Part shown: positions 38,953 to 43,172 of the stretch, in pieces
Position numbering within the stretch: position 1 is the stretch's first letter
How the letters are laid out: each line of letters opens with the position of its first letter
Assembly (NCBI GenBank): GCA_031372065.1
Contig: JANMKN010000011.1
Coordinates: 1 to 43,172, forward strand
Direction of reading: 5' to 3'
Source of the DNA: Abditibacteriaceae bacterium
Lineage (GTDB): Bacteria; Armatimonadota; Abditibacteriia; Abditibacteriales; Abditibacteriaceae
Length of the DNA: 43,172 bases
Translations under genes and position numbers: made by a program
The notes under the pieces: model-generated
Told to the model about the DNA's origin: nothing
Databases searched by the model: none
Seen by the model: the letters and a program-made list of their open reading frames with translations, nothing else

Positions 38953-39225
38953 GTCGCCGGTATCGCTTGGATGCCCACACGAATCGCAGTTGGGGTCAGC
39001 CGTATCGTTTGGGTGGCTACCCGTAAACAACTCAGGGCCATCCGTAAACCAGTCCGAGGCATCCGTATGGTTTGTGGGGCCATCCGTATAGCAGTTGGAG
39101 CCATCCGTATAACAGTCAGAGGCACCCGTAAAGCAGTTGGAGCCATCCGTAAAGCCGTTGAGGACATCCGTATCGGTTGTGGGAGTATCCGTAAACCACT
39201 CTGGGGCATCTGTAACGCAGTCAGC
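38953..39225. repeat. Degenerate 21-nt tandem array, about 13 units, core (c)atCCGTA
   Basis: ccgta cores at 39000, 39021, 39042, 39063, 39084, 39105, 39126, 39147, 39168 and 39189; degenerate cores at 38958, 38979 and 39210. Confidence 0.9.
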
Positions 39226-39308
39226 AGTAGCGTTAGGAAATGCCGATGCAGGAAAACGCCACATAAGTAGCCAATTGTGTTTCCATAATGCGTAAATTTC
39301 AACTAAAG

Positions 39309-39337
39309 TTGCGATTAAGCCCTATCGCTGCTAAATT
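39309..39337 (+). promoter_or_regulatory. Candidate sigma70 promoter for the thrC-like operon
   Basis: TTGCGA-17 nt-TAAATT with TGc extension, about 140 nt upstream of the start codon. Confidence 0.55.
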
Positions 39338-39480
39338 GAAATTACTTACCGGCGTCCGCGAGATGTGTTTTCAAAGGGGTTGCGACAGGAGATTCTCTTG
39401 GCTGCAACAAAGGGAAAGCGCAGGGAGCGAATCACTGCGCCGGTGCGTGTAAGCCTCAAAGCACACGAAAGGAGCACGCT

Positions 39481-40788
39481 TTGTCGAATCTGCTGGACAA
39501 GGCCGCACAAGCGGCCACCGAAGAAGTTTCCCTCAACGGACACGCTGAAAAACACCTCACGGCGCCGCGTTTGAAGGGACTCAAGTGTCGCTGTTGCGAC
39601 GCCCAATACGAATTTGCCCCCCGTCACGTCTGCGAGTTTTGCTTTGGCCCCGTCGAAGTCGAATATGACTACGATGTAATCAAAGGAAGCATTTCGCGCG
39701 AAAGCATCAAAGCCGGCCCGACTTCCATTTGGCGCTATCAAGAATTGTTGCCTGTCGAAGGCACGCCGCGCGTCAATCTCGAAGCCGGTTTCACGCCTCT
39801 GGTGCGCGCTGACCGCTTGGCGAAGAAACTTGGCCTCAAGAATCTCTACGTCAAAAACGATACGGCCAACCCGACTTGGAGTTTTAAAGATCGCGTGGTT
39901 TCCGTGGCGCTCTCGCGCGCTGTCGAATTTGGTTTCGATACCGCCGCCTGCGCTTCCACGGGCAACTTAGCCAACTCGGTGGCCGCGCACGCCGCTCACG
40001 CGGGATTGAAATGTTATGTTTTCATTCCCGCCGACTTGGAAGCCGGAAAAGTGATGAATTCGCTGATTTACGGCCCCAAGGTCGTCAAAGTGCGCGGCAA
40101 TTACGACGAAGTGAACCGACTTTGCAGCGAAATTGCGGATCGTAATTCGTCGTGGGCCTTTGTCAACATCAACGTGCGCCCGTTTTATTCCGAAGGCTCG
40201 AAAACTTTGGCCTACGAAGTCGCCGAGCAACTCGGCTGGCAGGCGCCTGATCATGTTGTGATTCCCATCGCGTCGGGTTCGATGTTGACCAAGATTCATA
40301 AAGGCTTCAATGAATTTATGAAATTGGGCCTGATTGACCAGAAAACTGTCCGCATCAGCGGCGCGCAGGCCGAAGGTTGTAGCCCGGTCGCCAAAGCGTT
40401 TGAAGCAGGGCACGACTTCGTGACGCCGGTTAAGCCCAACACCATCGCCAAAAGTCTGGCGATAGGCAACCCGGCGGACGGCATTTTCGCCCTCGACATC
40501 ATGCGCGAAACCGGCGGCAACGCCGCGATGGTCAACGATGATGAAATCGTCGAAGGTATCAAACTTTTGGCGGAATGCGAAGGCATTTTCACCGAAACCG
40601 CAGGCGGTGTCACAATTGCCGTCTTGAAAAAGTTGGTCGAACAGGGCAAAATATCGCCCGACGAAACCACAGTGGCGTATATTACCGGCATCGGCCTGAA
40701 AACTCAGGAAGCATTGATCGGTAAAACCGCCGAGCCGTATGAAATTGATCCCAATCTCAATTCGTTTGAGAAAGTTGTTAGCCATTAG
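39481..40788 (+). CDS. thrC: Threonine synthase-like PLP enzyme (fold type II)
   Basis: SD gaaaggag then TTG; N-terminal CRCC...CEFC, NPTWSFKDR (PLP Lys), ASTGNLANSVAA, EGSKTL, IASGSML, SLAIGNPADG, TGIGLK. Confidence 0.85.
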   Translation: MSNLLDKAAQAATEEVSLNGHAEKHLTAPRLKGLKCRCCDAQYEFAPRHVCEFCFGPVEVEYDYDVIKGSISRESIKAGPTSIWRYQELLPVEGTPRVNLEAGFTPLVRADRLAKKLGLKNLYVKNDTANPTWSFKDRVVSVALSRAVEFGFDTAACASTGNLANSVAAHAAHAGLKCYVFIPADLEAGKVMNSLIYGPKVVKVRGNYDEVNRLCSEIADRNSSWAFVNINVRPFYSEGSKTLAYEVAEQLGWQAPDHVVIPIASGSMLTKIHKGFNEFMKLGLIDQKTVRISGAQAEGCSPVAKAFEAGHDFVTPVKPNTIAKSLAIGNPADGIFALDIMRETGGNAAMVNDDEIVEGIKLLAECEGIFTETAGGVTIAVLKKLVEQGKISPDETTVAYITGIGLKTQEALIGKTAEPYEIDPNLNSFEKVVSH

Positions 40789-40846
40789 CGATTAGCTGTT
40801 AGCATTGAAAAAAACTAACAGCTAATCGCTAACAGCTAATCGCTAA
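40778..40846. repeat. Heptamer tandem/inverted repeat element overlapping the thrC stop
   Basis: ttagcca-ttagcga-ttagctg-ttagc ... ctaacag-ctaatcg-ctaacag-ctaatcg-cta. Confidence 0.85.
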
Positions 40847-40864
40847 AAATCCAAAGGAGCTAAA

Positions 40865-41140
40865 ATGAGCGTTGTTGTTCGTATTCCCACCCCGTTGCAA
40901 AAATTGGTCGGCGATAAAGCCGAAGTTGAAGGTCAGGGCGCCACAGTGCGCGAAGTGATCGAAGGTTTGGCGGCGCAAAACGGCGAAATCAAGACCCGTT
41001 TGCTGGACGATTCCGGCGAATTGCGCCGCTTCGTCAATGTTTACGTCAACGAAGAAGATGTGCGCTTCCTGCAAAAGCTGGACACGCCTCTTAAAGACGG
41101 CGACGAAGTTTCCATTGTCCCGGCCATCGCCGGTGGCTAA
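40865..41140 (+). CDS. MoaD/ThiS/CysO-family ubiquitin-like sulfur carrier
   Basis: VRIPTPL, LRRFVNVYVNEEDVRFL, C-terminal VPAIAGG; SD aaggag. Confidence 0.92.
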   Translation: MSVVVRIPTPLQKLVGDKAEVEGQGATVREVIEGLAAQNGEIKTRLLDDSGELRRFVNVYVNEEDVRFLQKLDTPLKDGDEVSIVPAIAGG

Positions 41141-41142
41141 AA

Positions 41143-41205
41143 AGTGCGGAATTCGGAGTGCGGAATAACACCCCACTCCGCATTCCGCACTTCGCACTCC
41201 GCATT
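41143..41205. repeat. Heptamer tandem/inverted repeat element, same family as 5851-5905
   Basis: gtgcggaattcggagtgcggaat ... actccgcattccgcacttcgcactccgcatt. Confidence 0.85.
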
Positions 41206-41445
41206 ATGAAAGACCGTTTGCATCTTACGTTTCCACACGATCAAGTCGCCTCGCCGGTGATGTGTCAGGTGGCGAAGCAATTTGACGTAACGTTTTCCAT
41301 CCGGCGCGCCAACGTGACGCCTGAAGCTGGTTGGATGGACTTGCAACTCGAAGGCAGCGACGACGAAATCGAACGCGTCATCGCCTTTTTGCAAGAAAAT
41401 AACGTGCGCGTTGACCCCATCGAAGGCGATATTATCGCCGGATAG
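41206..41445 (+). CDS. Stand-alone NIL domain protein
   Basis: LHLTFP..V..PVM....FDV.FSIRRANV....GWMDLQLEG....IE..I.FL....VRVDPIEGD; ATG at 41206 (the track's longer start lies in the repeat). Confidence 0.85.
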   Translation: MKDRLHLTFPHDQVASPVMCQVAKQFDVTFSIRRANVTPEAGWMDLQLEGSDDEIERVIAFLQENNVRVDPIEGDIIAG

Positions 41446-41461
41446 AACCCGTATCAGTTCC

Positions 41462-41545
41462 AACACAAAGGACACAAAGAACTCACTAAGAAACACAAAG
41501 ATTTTTCTCTATGTTTCTTTGAGATTTCTTTGTGTCCTTTGTGTT
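41462..41545. repeat. Nonamer-type (CACAAAG) tandem/inverted repeat element between NIL and pabB
   Basis: Perfect 20-bp outer inverted repeat aacacaaaggacacaaagaa / ttctttgtgtcctttgtgtt. Confidence 0.85.
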
Positions 41546-41553
41546 TTTGATTT

Positions 41554-42684
41554 ATGACACTGCGCCAGTTCATTCTCGATTTCGACGGAGAGCGCATCGG
41601 CGGCGAAAGTCCGTTTGCCGTTTTCGAGCGAAAAAATAGCAGTGGCGATGCTTTGGACGAACTGAGAAGCGCCTTAAACAAAGCCCAAAAACAATACCCC
41701 AACGGCGGCGCGATCGGTTTTTTATCTTACGACTTCGCCCGCCAACTTGAACCGCGCGCCTTTGGCAATTCATCAACCGACGATTTGCAAATTCCCGATA
41801 TTCGTCTGACGTTTTTCTCAAATCTTAAGCGCGTGAAAATCCAACATCCAGCCTCCAACTTCCAGCCTCCAACTTCCAGCCTCCGGCCTCCAGCCGCCGA
41901 ATACCTCGATTCCGTCGCTCGCATTCAAAACTACATCGCGGCGGGCGATATTTATCAAGCGAATTTAACGCGACGCTTTGAAGCGCCGCTGCCCTGCTCG
42001 CCTGCACAGCTTTACAAAAAATTAAACGCGCTCAATGCGGCGCCGTTTTCCGCCTTGCTCGAATGGGACGATTTCGCGATTGTTTCTAATTCGCCGGAGC
42101 GCTTTGTGCGCTTGCAAGGGCGCGAAGTGTTAGCGCAACCGATAAAAGGCACCATCCGGCGCGGAAAAACGCCCGACGAAGACCAAAATCTGCAAATCGA
42201 ACTGCAAAACTCGGCCAAAAACCGCGCCGAAAACGTGATGATCGTGGATTTAGTGCGCAACGATTTGGGCCGCGTTTGCAAATTTGGCAGCGTGCAAGTG
42301 CCAAAATTATGCGATGTGCAAACTTTTCCGACGCTGCATCATTTAGTTTCCGATGTAACTGGCATTTTGCGTGACGATTGCGATGGTCTTGACTTATTGC
42401 GCGCTTGTTTTCCGTGCGGCTCGATTACCGGCGCGCCGAAAATTCGTTCGATGCAAATTATTGACGAACTCGAACCCGTGCGACGCGGCGCCGCGATGGG
42501 CGCTATTGGCTATATTGATTTTCAAGGCGACATGGACTGGAATGTCGCCATTCGCACCATTACTTGTAAGGATAAATCAGCTTATTTTCACGTTGGCGGC
42601 GGCATTGTCGCCGATAGCGAAGCGCAAAGCGAACACGACGAAGTCATGCTCAAGGCGCAGGCGCTACAAGCTGCTCTCCGATAG
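41554..42684 (+). CDS. pabB: Aminodeoxychorismate synthase component I (anthranilate synthase component I family)
   Basis: GFLSYD, AGDIYQANL, SPERF, PIKGT (PabB-type), AENVMIVDLVRNDLGR, FPCGSITGAPK, NVAIRT, GGGIVADS. Confidence 0.88.
   Translation: MTLRQFILDFDGERIGGESPFAVFERKNSSGDALDELRSALNKAQKQYPNGGAIGFLSYDFARQLEPRAFGNSSTDDLQIPDIRLTFFSNLKRVKIQHPASNFQPPTSSLRPPAAEYLDSVARIQNYIAAGDIYQANLTRRFEAPLPCSPAQLYKKLNALNAAPFSALLEWDDFAIVSNSPERFVRLQGREVLAQPIKGTIRRGKTPDEDQNLQIELQNSAKNRAENVMIVDLVRNDLGRVCKFGSVQVPKLCDVQTFPTLHHLVSDVTGILRDDCDGLDLLRACFPCGSITGAPKIRSMQIIDELEPVRRGAAMGAIGYIDFQGDMDWNVAIRTITCKDKSAYFHVGGGIVADSEAQSEHDEVMLKAQALQAALR
41839..41894 (+). repeat. Eight tandem heptamers (xTCCARC) inside pabB
   Basis: atccaac atccagc ctccaac ttccagc ctccaac ttccagc ctccggc ctccagc. 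Confidence 0.85.
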
Positions 42685-42945
42685 CATGTGGATGTATTCC
42701 GACAGTTTGGGGAGGCTCTCCGATGGCTTATGGAGGCATTCCGATGGCGTGTGGAGGCTCTCCGATTCGTCGGAATGCACCCACAGGACGTCGGAATGCT
42801 CCCACAAACTATCGGAATGCTCCCACAAACTATCGGAATGCCTCTATTAAACCATCGGAATGCCTTCGCAAGGTGTTGGAATGCTCTCGCACACTGTCGG
42901 AATGCCTCCCCAAACTATCGGAAGGCTACAACAGGACAGTCAGAG
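42673..42945. repeat. Degenerate 21-nt array with internal inversion (5 forward units, 8-9 reverse units)
   Basis: tccga at 42677, 42698, 42719, 42740 and 42761; then ttcg; then tcgga-like cores at 42770, 42791, 42812, 42833, 42855, 42876, 42897, 42918 and 42940. Confidence 0.9.
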
Positions 42946-43172
42946 AGTGTTTGAAGGTAGCGATGCGCCATCATACACGTCCAGTCTGCCGCCCCAAAGA
43001 GTCAATGCGGTTACCTATTTTAAAAAATGAACCCATAGCCATCAAGCTAAGGAGATTTAGGAAAAGAAAAAGCTCACTTTGTCAGACTTTGGGTTGCAAA
43101 CAAAAGCAACAAAGGAGCTTTTTCTCTGTTTTCAGTATCGCAACTCTCGGACGTTTTGGCGGTGTTAAGCCA

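Noticed and set aside
38703..39302. ORFs 38703-39302 (-), 38881-39264 (-) and 38926-39270 (+) as heptad-repeat proteins
   Set aside because: Several frames on both strands stay open simply because the repeat unit lacks stops. Two of them overlap the debranching enzyme 3' end, and none has a clear SD or family match. Coding is not fully excluded.
41158..41205. N-terminal extension MRNNTPLRIPHFALRI of the NIL protein, and ORF 5851-6117
   Set aside because: These are translations of the heptamer repeat element rather than real coding sequence.
38953..42945. The 21-nt arrays as CRISPR arrays
   Set aside because: The period is only 21 nt, the conserved core is about 9 nt, the variable parts resemble each other, and no cas genes are in the window.
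42371..42954. ORFs 42371-42850 and 42688-42954 across the second array
   Set aside because: These are by-products of the repeat; the array inverts and has 22-nt steps that break codon phase.

Overview
This is a bacterial chromosomal window with no phage, CRISPR array, rRNA or tRNA recognised. Diderm-type genes (LptF/G) together with DUF1559-like prepilins and an S12 insertion suggest an Armatimonadota/Abditibacteria-like organism, but that is inference only. In order, it carries: ftsK; a type IVa pilus locus (pilB-pilT-pilC-pilD, four large prepilins and a 1388-aa PilX/GspK-type protein); a str operon rpsL-rpsG-fusA that terminates without tuf; a coupled RaSEA-like radical SAM and PrnC-like flavin halogenase pair; comF; a YwlE-like phosphatase, a TPR lipoprotein and ppk2; a receiver plus Zn-ribbon regulator; a UbiA-family phosphoribosyltransferase, aroB and DUF309; LptF/G; a sugar isomerase and a Gfo/Idh/MocA oxidoreductase; a glycogen debranching enzyme; and thrC-like, MoaD-like, NIL and pabB genes. 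Four observations stand out. (1) A peroxiredoxin-like selenoprotein missed by the ORF track (33164-33664) has an in-frame UGA at the redox site, a UxxT motif and a SECIS-like hairpin. (2) Two related 21-nt phased repeat arrays flank the thrC-MoaD-NIL-pabB block, and one of them inverts midway. (3) Many 'tandem-then-inverted' short-unit repeat elements occupy gene junctions. (4) The ThrC-like, ubiquitin-like and NIL genes form a candidate sulfur-relay module with a structured leader.
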